Source of the DNA: a virus
Taxonomy: Duplodnaviria; Caudoviricetes
Direction: 5' to 3' (one strand)
DNA: 43,053 nucleotides
IMG/VR virus record: IMGVR_UViG_3300027571_000588
Location: 1 to 43,053 of that record
Of this stretch, positions 35,207 through 43,053 are shown piece by piece. Both the position numbers and the translations under genes were made by a program. Positions within the stretch are counted from its first letter, which is position 1. Each line of letters starts with the position of its first letter. The notes beneath the pieces are model-generated. The model did no database searches and was not told the DNA's origin. It saw nothing but the letters and a program-made list of their open reading frames with translations.

Positions 35207-35865
35207 TATTTTATTACCTTAAATTTATCAATATTTATATTATCTAATTCATGTATAGCATCAATGTCTAAATTAAATGAAACGCCGTCTTGCAAAATAC
35301 TAAAATTATTAATTAAGTGCTGTTTGTTTATTTTATTTAACCAAGGACTAATTAAGTCATCAAATTCAAATCTAGGATTTTCACATATTGGCTTAATTGT
35401 TACAGTTGTGTAATTTTCTAAAGTTGGATTATTTAAAAGTTTTCTTACAACAAGTTGGGCTCGATCGTACGATCCAAAATTTGCTGCTACATGACGTAGG
35501 CCAGTATTCATTTCATACCATTGTCCGTCTGCTACTGTAGGATACATTTTCTCATCGTCTACATTAATTAAAAAAGAATATTGTCCTTTAAGACTTAGAT
35601 GGTATCTATCATCAATATCAGTATGCGACATATAGGTTGTTCCGTTACCAAGTACAATAATTCTTGCTTCGCCGATATCCAAAGGCAATGTGTTTAAAAG
35701 AGTCTCCCAAACTGTGCCTTTAAATTCTTCTTTAATATCCCACGGATCGTAAAAGAAATTGCCAGTTGGTTGATTAATTGTTAGTTTAGATTCTACAGCC
35801 GGAACGGAACCCTGTGCTTCATTAAGAAGTGTCGAATCAACAGTATATGGTAATGTATGTAGCAT
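35206..35865 (-). CDS. Aspartyl/asparaginyl beta-hydroxylase-like Fe(II)/2OG oxygenase
   Basis: SHTDIDDRYH...HVAANFGSYDR motifs. Confidence 0.75.
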   Translation of the reverse strand: MLHTLPYTVDSTLLNEAQGSVPAVESKLTINQPTGNFFYDPWDIKEEFKGTVWETLLNTLPLDIGEARIIVLGNGTTYMSHTDIDDRYHLSLKGQYSFLINVDDEKMYPTVADGQWYEMNTGLRHVAANFGSYDRAQLVVRKLLNNPTLENYTTVTIKPICENPRFEFDDLISPWLNKINKQHLINNFSILQDGVSFNLDIDAIHELDNINIDKFKVIK

Positions 35866-35896
35866 AGTAAATCCTGCCAGTAATATCTATTATAAA

Positions 35897-35914
35897 ATAT
35901 TTAGTACATAAATA
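35897..35914. promoter_or_regulatory. Back-to-back late-type promoters
   Basis: CTAAATA on the minus strand (35898-904) and CATAAATA on the plus strand (35907-914), the latter 5 nt before the ATG at 35920. Confidence 0.65.
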
Positions 35915-35919
35915 TTTGC

Positions 35920-36594
35920 ATGAACTTGTATCTGAACGAACAGTGGAAACGTATAGGAATCAGTCTTAGTGGTGGCGCTGATAGTGCAATACTTGCTTAC
36001 TTAATTTGTTCTCAAACTAGTGCTGATATACATTTTACTTCACAAATACGTTGCTGGAAAACAAGACCATGGCAAGGGCCTATTGCCGATGGCGTAATTG
36101 ATTGGTTTAAAAACAGGTTTAATAATAACTTTATAGTACATAAAAATTTGGTGCCACCTGAATTAGAAGAGCCTACTGATTATCTTATCAAAGACGAGTA
36201 TGGTAAAATGAAATCAGGTAATAGAATTATATTGCGTTCACACAACGAATACATTGCACACCAATACAACTTAGATGCGTTATACGGCGGCGTAAATATG
36301 AATCCAGATATAGATATTCCTGGCAAGGTTGCAGAACGAGATGAAGGCCATATTGCTCCGCATTTTGTGCATAATGGAGTTGACATATGTCATCCTTTCG
36401 TGTATACTAAAAAGGATTGGATTATACGCCAGTACTATGAAAATAATATTGAAGATTTACTAGATCTTACTCGTAGTTGTGAAGGAGAGTTTGAAGGTTT
36501 GAATTATACAACATATACCCCTGGACAAGATGTTCCAATCTGTGGTGAATGTTTTTGGTGCAAGGAACGTCAATGGGGAATAGATAATGTCTAA
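35920..36594 (+). CDS. QueC-like PP-loop ATPase (7-cyano-7-deazaguanine synthase family)
   Basis: SGGADS PP-loop, PF...K..I, and TRSC...CGECFWCKER Zn site. Confidence 0.75.
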   Translation: MNLYLNEQWKRIGISLSGGADSAILAYLICSQTSADIHFTSQIRCWKTRPWQGPIADGVIDWFKNRFNNNFIVHKNLVPPELEEPTDYLIKDEYGKMKSGNRIILRSHNEYIAHQYNLDALYGGVNMNPDIDIPGKVAERDEGHIAPHFVHNGVDICHPFVYTKKDWIIRQYYENNIEDLLDLTRSCEGEFEGLNYTTYTPGQDVPICGECFWCKERQWGIDNV

Positions 36595-37852
36595 GAGTTG
36601 TACATTTTGTATGCATCCTTTTACAGGACTTGCTACACGAGAAGACGGTGCTATCAAAGTATGTTGCCGTAGTCAACCCATTGGCTGGATACAAAAAGAA
36701 ACCCTAGAAGAAGCATGGAACAACGATGCTATGAAAGAAGTACGTAGACAAGTACTTAATAGTGAGCGTCCAGACGTATGTAAACCATGCTTTGACCTTG
36801 AAGATCAGGGTGTAGAGAGCTTACGACAGCGTCATACAGCAGGAGTAATACCCGAAGCAAGGGTCAACTTATACCCTGATGCACTAGACGCTTTAGACGA
36901 TGATTATAGCATGCCTTTTGAGTTTCCTACAATGGAAATTAAGCTCAATAACTTGTGCAATTTAAAGTGCCGTATGTGCAATCCCTTGGACAGTACAAGT
37001 TGGAAAGACTGGGGACAAGTAACTAAATTTTACGAGAAAGAAGACAACTATCTAATACCAACTGTTAATGCACTAGTAGACACACCCGGACAATATATTG
37101 GTCCATTTGATAACTCAGACAATTGGTGGACGTCATTTGAAAAACTACTACCGTTCTTTAGGCGTGTAGAGTTTGCAGGCGGTGAGCCTCTAATGGATCC
37201 ATACCATTATAAGATACTAGACAAACTTGCAGAGTACGGCGACAACATTGAACTAAAGTACGCTACAAACGGTACTACGCTGGGCATTAAAGGTGGTAGA
37301 ACAATCCACGACTATTGGCCTAAGTTTAAAAGCATAGCTGTAAACGTGAGCATAGACGGTGTATACGACACGTATGAATACATTAGGGGCAATGGTAAAT
37401 TTAGTGTAATAGAAGAAAACATCGAAGTGTTTAAGAGCTTTCCTAATGTAAGTCGTGTAGTTGGTGCATTTACTGTACAAGCAAATAACATTATGCAGAT
37501 AGACAAAGTTATTGACCACTTTATTAACAAAATGGGGATTATATTTTACTCGCACAGAGTAAACTATCCTATGAGTCTAAGTGCGCAAGTATTGCCGCCT
37601 GAACTGAAGACAAAAGTAATAGCACGTTTAGAACAAATGAAAACAGAAGTATTAGAATACCCAATGGTTAAACAGCATAAACTATTAGAAACTGTAACAC
37701 TACAACAGATACAAGATAATATTAACTTCTTACAAGCAAAGTGCATGCATGAAACACATTGGCAAGACTGTATAGAGTTTAACAAGCGTTTAGATGAGAC
37801 TCGCGGACAAGACTTCCTTGCATCTAATCCAGAGTTTGCTCCATATGTATAA
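36587..37852 (+). CDS. Radical SAM enzyme with N-terminal SPASM/twitch-like domain
   Basis: FCMHPF..VCC..CKPC, then CNLKCRMC, GGEPL, TNG and SIDG motifs. Confidence 0.92.
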   Translation: MSKSCTFCMHPFTGLATREDGAIKVCCRSQPIGWIQKETLEEAWNNDAMKEVRRQVLNSERPDVCKPCFDLEDQGVESLRQRHTAGVIPEARVNLYPDALDALDDDYSMPFEFPTMEIKLNNLCNLKCRMCNPLDSTSWKDWGQVTKFYEKEDNYLIPTVNALVDTPGQYIGPFDNSDNWWTSFEKLLPFFRRVEFAGGEPLMDPYHYKILDKLAEYGDNIELKYATNGTTLGIKGGRTIHDYWPKFKSIAVNVSIDGVYDTYEYIRGNGKFSVIEENIEVFKSFPNVSRVVGAFTVQANNIMQIDKVIDHFINKMGIIFYSHRVNYPMSLSAQVLPPELKTKVIARLEQMKTEVLEYPMVKQHKLLETVTLQQIQDNINFLQAKCMHETHWQDCIEFNKRLDETRGQDFLASNPEFAPYV

Positions 37853-38744
37853 AGTTATAAGTAAGTGGCCGCATCAAGATAGTATACGGGTTGAGTGGAA
37901 TATGGGTAAACGCTGTAATTTAGATTGTGGATATTGTCCTGCTGAAATTCATGATAACTTTAGCCCACACACTCCTTTGCAAACATTTAAAGATGCAATA
38001 GACAAGTTAGTAGAAATAGGCAAACCTATAAGACTTAGTTTTACAGGCGGTGAGCCTTGTGTGCATCCTAAGATCAAAGAAATATTAGCATACGCCCGAG
38101 ATAAAGTTGAATGGATTAATGTAACAACAAATGGAACATTGCCTTATACCTTTTATGAAAGTTTGCCAGTAAATCATTATGTATTCAGTATACACTTTGA
38201 TAACGAAGTAGTCGATAAAGTAATTAGTAATGTCTTAATTTGGGCTCAAGGAAACGAAACTGACGAATTGCCTTTTCAACTTAACATAATGGCACACCAT
38301 GAATATATGGCCAAGGTAAGATCTGCTACTTCGGTATTTGATGGTCACAGTATTCCGTATGTGATTAGACGTATACGTTGGACAGAAGCCGATAATAGAG
38401 ATTGGTTTGATGACATGCGTTATGATCCAAAAGATTTAGAGTGGATACTTAATAAAGCATCAACAGTAAAGCCTAATGTTATCATTGATGACACGGAAGA
38501 AATACATGCTAATGATGTCATTAAGCACAAACTAAATCAGTTCGAAGGCTGGAAATGTAATGCAGGTATTGAAAGTTTAATGATCAACTGGGACGGCGAA
38601 GTTCATCGTGCTACTTGTAGAGTAGGCGGAAGTTTGGGTAATATATACAACGGAACTTTTGAACATCCTAGTCAAGCTATAGTATGTACACGCAAATGGT
38701 GTACATGTGCAGCAGATATCCCACTAACTAAGGTAGCAGAATGA
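37845..38744 (+). CDS. Radical SAM enzyme with C-terminal Cys-rich auxiliary domain
   Basis: Start moved to 37845. CNLDCGYC, TGGEP and CNAG...ATC...C...CTC motifs. Confidence 0.9.
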   Translation: MYKVISKWPHQDSIRVEWNMGKRCNLDCGYCPAEIHDNFSPHTPLQTFKDAIDKLVEIGKPIRLSFTGGEPCVHPKIKEILAYARDKVEWINVTTNGTLPYTFYESLPVNHYVFSIHFDNEVVDKVISNVLIWAQGNETDELPFQLNIMAHHEYMAKVRSATSVFDGHSIPYVIRRIRWTEADNRDWFDDMRYDPKDLEWILNKASTVKPNVIIDDTEEIHANDVIKHKLNQFEGWKCNAGIESLMINWDGEVHRATCRVGGSLGNIYNGTFEHPSQAIVCTRKWCTCAADIPLTKVAE

Positions 38745-39814
38745 TTAAAACAACTGCCATTAACTTGCCTAATCCTGAAAAGATGATGATAACATGGGAC
38801 ACAGGAAGACGGTGTAACTATGATTGCACATACTGTGAAATTTCTAGGCACGATACATATAGCTCTTATCATTCTTACGAAGAGTTATTTAAAACCTTTG
38901 AATTTATTAAAGAATATACTAAAATATATAACACTGCCGGACAGGAAGTAAATATTGACTTTACTGGGGGTGAGCCTACTGCTAATCCTGCACTTTGGAA
39001 ATTAGCAAAACACATTAGCGACAACGAACCTAACTTTAGTTGCGGCTTAACAACTAATGGAGTATGGAACCCAAGGCGGACTGAAGAAATTTTAGATCTG
39101 TTTCACGGACTAACTGTTAGTTACCATCCAGAAGGCAATGAAAAGTCTAAAGCTCATGTTTTAGAAAATATAAAACGACTAGGCGAATCTAGAATTTGGT
39201 TACAGGTTAATGTAATGATGCATGTTGACTACTTTGAAGAAGTACAAGGTGTATGTTACTTACTAAAAGATTTAGGAATTAAACACAAGCCAATACCAAT
39301 AGGCGACGGGGCCATTGAGCGTAGTGGCTGGTTTAAAGATACTGACGGATCAATGCGTAGAACCAGTCATAGTTACAGCGAAGAACAACAAGAATGGTTT
39401 TTTGATTATATCGGACAACCAAAACCTGTAAAGTCTAAAAGCGAAGGATCAGCTGTTGGACGAGGGTGTTGCGGCGGAAGGTGCATGGAAGGTAAAGTTG
39501 ACAATGAATGGGTTCCAATAACTCATGTCGACAATCATTTCAAAGGTTGGCATTGTTCAGTAAACCGTTATTTTATGCATATTGATCAACATTTAAAATT
39601 AGTGTATCATCATCAAACTTGCCAAGCATTACACGGAGGCAAACGTGGACCACTAGGCAGTTTAACAGAGCCTCATAAAATACTAGAGTATGCTAGAACT
39701 GCCGTATCCAGCGGTCCTATTATATGTCCAAACGATCGTTGTGGATGTGGAATGTGTGTACCAAAAGCAAAAGAACTGAATGATTATAACTCAATAACTG
39801 CATTAAACATTTAG
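38741..39814 (+). CDS. Radical SAM enzyme with C-terminal Cys-rich auxiliary domains
   Basis: CNYDCTYC, TGGEP, GCCGGRC and C...TC...CP...CGCGMC motifs. Confidence 0.9.
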   Translation: MIKTTAINLPNPEKMMITWDTGRRCNYDCTYCEISRHDTYSSYHSYEELFKTFEFIKEYTKIYNTAGQEVNIDFTGGEPTANPALWKLAKHISDNEPNFSCGLTTNGVWNPRRTEEILDLFHGLTVSYHPEGNEKSKAHVLENIKRLGESRIWLQVNVMMHVDYFEEVQGVCYLLKDLGIKHKPIPIGDGAIERSGWFKDTDGSMRRTSHSYSEEQQEWFFDYIGQPKPVKSKSEGSAVGRGCCGGRCMEGKVDNEWVPITHVDNHFKGWHCSVNRYFMHIDQHLKLVYHHQTCQALHGGKRGPLGSLTEPHKILEYARTAVSSGPIICPNDRCGCGMCVPKAKELNDYNSITALNI

Positions 39815-39843
39815 TTTTCGTTTATTGCATACTATTTCTTTAA

Positions 39844-41232
39844 TCATAGTAAATGAGCTAGTTCTGGAAAAACTGTTGCTGCACTTAATCCTCGTATTGC
39901 GTCTAGCTTATTTGTATACTCTTTAAACCCAGGCAACATATGACTATTATCTGCTGCGTTCATGTGATTCATTACAGCTTCCCAACGATTCCATCCATAA
40001 GGATTATGTTTCCAAAAGTCGTCATCTTGTCTATAGTTTTTCCATAACCAATCTTTAAAGTCCATAAAGCGTTCTTTAACTTCTTGCTTGTCGTGTTCTG
40101 GTAGTATTTGTATACTAAGGAAAGTCGGAATATACAGCAAGTGCATGTTAACTAAGCCTCCGCCCATTTGTACGCCGCCTGGCATTGTTCCGTTGTTTAG
40201 TTTTTTAAATCCGCTTTCTAGTTTCCACTTCATAAAGTCGGGCAAGTGCTTTACATTGAATATTTGTATTGCTGTTGCCAAACTTGTTTGTATGTTGTCG
40301 GGTGTATTGTCTAGCATATGTAAAGTCTTTTCTACAGTATCCCAGTTAGTAGGATAGCGAATGTATTCATCACGTCCGTGACTTGCATCCATACTTACAG
40401 CAAACTTAACCTTTTTAAACTTTGACCACATCTCAATTAAGTCTTCGTCTACAAGCAAGCCATTTGAGTTGTAACGCAATAGTATTTTATCTTGATATCC
40501 TTGACGAAGTATTTCTTCAATAAACATTTTGTGTTCTTTAATCATTAGAGGTTCGCCTCCAGCAAAGTACACTTGTCTTAGGTTAGGAATTTGAGCATTC
40601 ATTTCTTCCCAGAATGAATCTTTCTCGTGCCATTTGTTATTAAAGTCTTTACGATCCCATTGCATTTGTCTTTTAACTTCAGGATCTTGTATCACAGGAA
40701 TAAGTTTTTTATGGTCCGCAACCCACCTACTTGAATCATGTGGGCTACACATTACACACTTAATGTTGCATGTATGTCCTAATCTTAGATCCAAATATTT
40801 TAAATCTTCTGGTACTGTGCCGTCTTCTTTTGTTTGACGAATAAGTTCAGGAATATCTACACCATTATCGTCTTGATGCCAGGTGCCTGTTTCCCAAATA
40901 CGTTTGCTTACAATACCTTGACTTTCTTCTTTAAAACATTTTGTGCAACTTGCAGGAATTTCTCCGTTAAGCATAGTAGTACGCACACTTTTCATGTAGT
41001 CGTTATTCCATGCCTCCATGGGAGTCTCTCTACCAAAGTTTGCTGGCTTTCCATTTTCCATTTTAACAAGACCGACTGTGTGATCGCCGCCTGCTCCGCT
41101 TGCGTTAGACGAACAACATAAGCGCATATCACCGTTAGGCCTAGTAGCAAAGTGTATCCACGGTAGCACACAAAATGTTTCGGTACCACTTACTTTTGCT
41201 ATTTCAGCTTGATATTTTTCTAAGTCAGACAT
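39844..41232 (-). CDS. Radical SAM enzyme with N-terminal SPASM/twitch-like domain
   Basis: FCVLPW..LCC..CTKC, then CNIKCVMC and GGEPL. Paralog of 36587-37852. Confidence 0.92.
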   Translation of the reverse strand: MSDLEKYQAEIAKVSGTETFCVLPWIHFATRPNGDMRLCCSSNASGAGGDHTVGLVKMENGKPANFGRETPMEAWNNDYMKSVRTTMLNGEIPASCTKCFKEESQGIVSKRIWETGTWHQDDNGVDIPELIRQTKEDGTVPEDLKYLDLRLGHTCNIKCVMCSPHDSSRWVADHKKLIPVIQDPEVKRQMQWDRKDFNNKWHEKDSFWEEMNAQIPNLRQVYFAGGEPLMIKEHKMFIEEILRQGYQDKILLRYNSNGLLVDEDLIEMWSKFKKVKFAVSMDASHGRDEYIRYPTNWDTVEKTLHMLDNTPDNIQTSLATAIQIFNVKHLPDFMKWKLESGFKKLNNGTMPGGVQMGGGLVNMHLLYIPTFLSIQILPEHDKQEVKERFMDFKDWLWKNYRQDDDFWKHNPYGWNRWEAVMNHMNAADNSHMLPGFKEYTNKLDAIRGLSAATVFPELAHLL

Positions 41233-41247
41233 TATTTTATTCCTTAC

Positions 41248-42315
41248 TCATAGTTCAGTGTGCTCTATAAACTGATCTTTTGGTTTACTAAGTTTATTTA
41301 CTCCGCAAGTCCTGGCACATGTAATTAACTTTTCTATACCCCAATACTTGTCCCATACTGTTTGCCAAGCATCGGAATCTATTACTGATTGCACAGTATG
41401 CTCTAATGCATTTGTATTTCCTAAATCTTTTATTAAGTCAGCGTACTGTTGTTCAATTTCTAATCTAATAGTTTTTGTAGTATCGTTTGTAGCAGCATAG
41501 TTATAAGGAATACTTGCTAAAAAACAACAGGGCATAATCTTCTTATAAGCATCTATATAAATTTCTTTTGTTTGGGCTACATAACAATCAATTTCACTTG
41601 CATCTACAATGTCTTTATAATTGTCAATTACGTCTTGTGTAATAAGATTAATTTTACTGCCAGTAGGTGGTTCTAAATACCGTGTTGTATTACCAGCTGC
41701 ATCATAAACTGGAAACTGTTCAGTAGCAACAAATCTTGCACTATCTTTATAAGTAAATCTAGCAAAGCCATGTGTTTTTGCTAATTCTTCTGCTGCGCCT
41801 TGTTGATGTTCATTGTGTTTAAATTTTATGAACGCCCATTCTGCTGTTCCGCCTGCACTAATAAACGCTTTAGCATTTTCTAATACTTTGTTAAAGTCAG
41901 TACCTACTCTGTATAGGCTATGAGTGTCAGCTAATCCGTCAATTGCAAAAATAACATTGTGGCCTACTGGCAATGCCTTTGCAAGTTTCTTCCACCAATC
42001 TGTACTTCGTGCGCCGCCATTAGTATGTATTCTAACATCTAAATTAGGATTAACATCTCTACTATAACTGCACATATCTATTAGATCGTTATTAATAATA
42101 GGATCACCAAAGTTTCCACAAAAGTAAAATCCTTTTAATTGTTGTAATACTTCAGTAGTTAATATTTTCTTAAAATCTGTTATTGTCCAGTCTTGATTTT
42201 TAATCAATGGGTTTTCTAAGCCGCCGTGTATATTTCGACTACACATTGGGCAACTAGCCTGGCATCTATTTGTTATTTCAAGATGAATATTTTCTAATTG
42301 ATTAAATTTAAACAT
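41248..42315 (-). CDS. Radical SAM enzyme with C-terminal SPASM/twitch-like domain
   Basis: CQASCPMC, GNFGDP, TNG, IDG and C...PCC...C..TC motifs. Confidence 0.9.
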   Translation of the reverse strand: MFKFNQLENIHLEITNRCQASCPMCSRNIHGGLENPLIKNQDWTITDFKKILTTEVLQQLKGFYFCGNFGDPIINNDLIDMCSYSRDVNPNLDVRIHTNGGARSTDWWKKLAKALPVGHNVIFAIDGLADTHSLYRVGTDFNKVLENAKAFISAGGTAEWAFIKFKHNEHQQGAAEELAKTHGFARFTYKDSARFVATEQFPVYDAAGNTTRYLEPPTGSKINLITQDVIDNYKDIVDASEIDCYVAQTKEIYIDAYKKIMPCCFLASIPYNYAATNDTTKTIRLEIEQQYADLIKDLGNTNALEHTVQSVIDSDAWQTVWDKYWGIEKLITCARTCGVNKLSKPKDQFIEHTEL

Positions 42316-42922
42316 TCTTCTTTTCTTCTTTTATTCCTATAATCATATATCTATAGTATTTAGGCGTTTCTAACTCTCCTTTGTAAAGGACCTGGATGTT
42401 AGACATTTTTATAAAATCGTCTACACTAGAGGAACACCTAATATGCTCGTCTAGCTCAAAATAATTATTACTCTGCAATACAATTGTAGCATTATTTGGT
42501 TGATTGCTTAGCCACTTGTTGTATTGTTCTTGTGTAATATGCTCGCAACTTGTATTAATAACTACATCAGCATCACTAGTGTGTTCACACATATCCGCTG
42601 TTACAGCACTAAATTTGTTGTCATCTAAGTAACGTCTGTTTACAGTGTTTGCTATATCTTCGCACACAGGGTCTATATCAACGCTTGTAATGCGCTGTAC
42701 AGCAATATTAGAGTTAAAGAGTATACTTGCCAGCACTCCGTTCCACCCACCGTGTATGACGATATTTAACGGTCTAACGGGTACAAATTCTAATAGGTTC
42801 TCAGCTAACCATACTTTGCTGTTTACTTGCCCTTTCCAAAAACTTTCAAGTGTACGATATGTATCATCACTATCTCGAATAGCATCCATCCAAAATAATA
42901 CGTCTTGTATATCAACCTTCAT
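42308..42922 (-). CDS. Class I SAM-dependent methyltransferase-like protein
   Basis: IHGGWNG, SVDID, VINTSCEH and LQSN motifs. Confidence 0.75.
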   Translation of the reverse strand: MKVDIQDVLFWMDAIRDSDDTYRTLESFWKGQVNSKVWLAENLLEFVPVRPLNIVIHGGWNGVLASILFNSNIAVQRITSVDIDPVCEDIANTVNRRYLDDNKFSAVTADMCEHTSDADVVINTSCEHITQEQYNKWLSNQPNNATIVLQSNNYFELDEHIRCSSSVDDFIKMSNIQVLYKGELETPKYYRYMIIGIKEEKKNV

Positions 42923-43052
42923 CTTGCCACTCTTTGTTTAACTTTTTTATTTCTTTAAAGACTGTTGAATTTATACCTTGTACATCTAATGTAGAAATTA
43001 AGAAATCTAAATCTTTTGGTAAACACTTTCCACCGAATCCTTGTTTATTATC
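42912..43052 (-). CDS. UDP-glucose/GDP-mannose 6-dehydrogenase, C-terminal part (5'-partial, not in ORF track)
   Basis: The minus strand reads ...DNKQGFGGKCLPKDLDFLI...EWQDEG*. GFGGxCLPKD is the catalytic Cys motif. Confidence 0.85.
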   Translation of the reverse strand, partial: DNKQGFGGKCLPKDLDFLISTLDVQGINSTVFKEIKKLNKEWQDEG

Positions 43053-43053
43053 A

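Noticed and set aside
2708-37845. Longest-ORF starts at 2708, 8836, 10722, 11008, 15136, 17292, 19841, 25383, 33121 and 37794
   Set aside because: Each overlaps the upstream gene or promoter. Downstream ATGs with an RBS or stop-start coupling fit better.
163-42941. Many 60-170 aa antisense or out-of-frame ORFs in the track (e.g. 6160-6588, 18882-19208, 27040-27393, 40088-40357)
   Set aside because: They lie within well-supported genes, lack RBS and motifs, and look like reverse-frame shadows.
1-43053. Stop-codon reassignment, which occurs in some large phages
   Set aside because: Genes tile densely in the standard code, and TAA, TAG and TGA all end genes at sensible positions.
1-43053. CRISPR array, tRNA, rRNA or transposase
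   Set aside because: No regularly spaced repeats or cloverleaf seen by eye, and intergenic gaps are mostly under 100 bp. A tRNAscan/Infernal run would be definitive.
27451-43053. Classical RiPP cluster with a precursor peptide
   Set aside because: No small leader-core ORF, peptidase or exporter is visible in the window. A precursor outside the window cannot be excluded.

Overview
This is a gene-dense, AT-rich (roughly mid-30s % GC by eye) segment of a large T4-like/jumbo dsDNA bacteriophage, probably aquatic. It uses the standard genetic code, and I see no tRNA, rRNA, CRISPR array or intein. It has four blocks. (1) 1-5.2 kb: basic, modular proteins with T4 internal-protein-like N-termini and repeated (L/I/V)xE sites, probably head-packaged and protease-processed. 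(2) 5.3-26.3 kb: early/middle genes under near-consensus sigma70 promoters, including a DsbA-like DNA-binding protein, family B DNA polymerase, sliding clamp, RNase H-like nuclease and a MoxR AAA + VWA/metalloprotease pair. This block contains a 7-deazaguanine DNA-modification cluster (dpdA/TGT-like, queD, folE, queE) that lacks queC/queF but carries a GT-B glycosyltransferase resembling the queuosine mannosyltransferase QTMAN/GTDC1. (3) 26.4-27.4 kb: a tail-fibre-like gene. (4) 27.4-43 kb: a strand-switching enzyme island with 7 radical SAM enzymes, 5 Fe(II)/2OG-type oxygenases, 2 pseudokinases, 2 methyltransferases, a GNAT-like protein, a QueC-like ATPase and a partial UDP-glucose dehydrogenase, driven by TAAATA/TAAGTA late-type promoters, some apparently leaderless. 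The best candidates for new biology are a glycosylated 7-deazaguanine in phage DNA and the late radical SAM/oxygenase island. All family assignments come from motifs read by eye; no searches were run.
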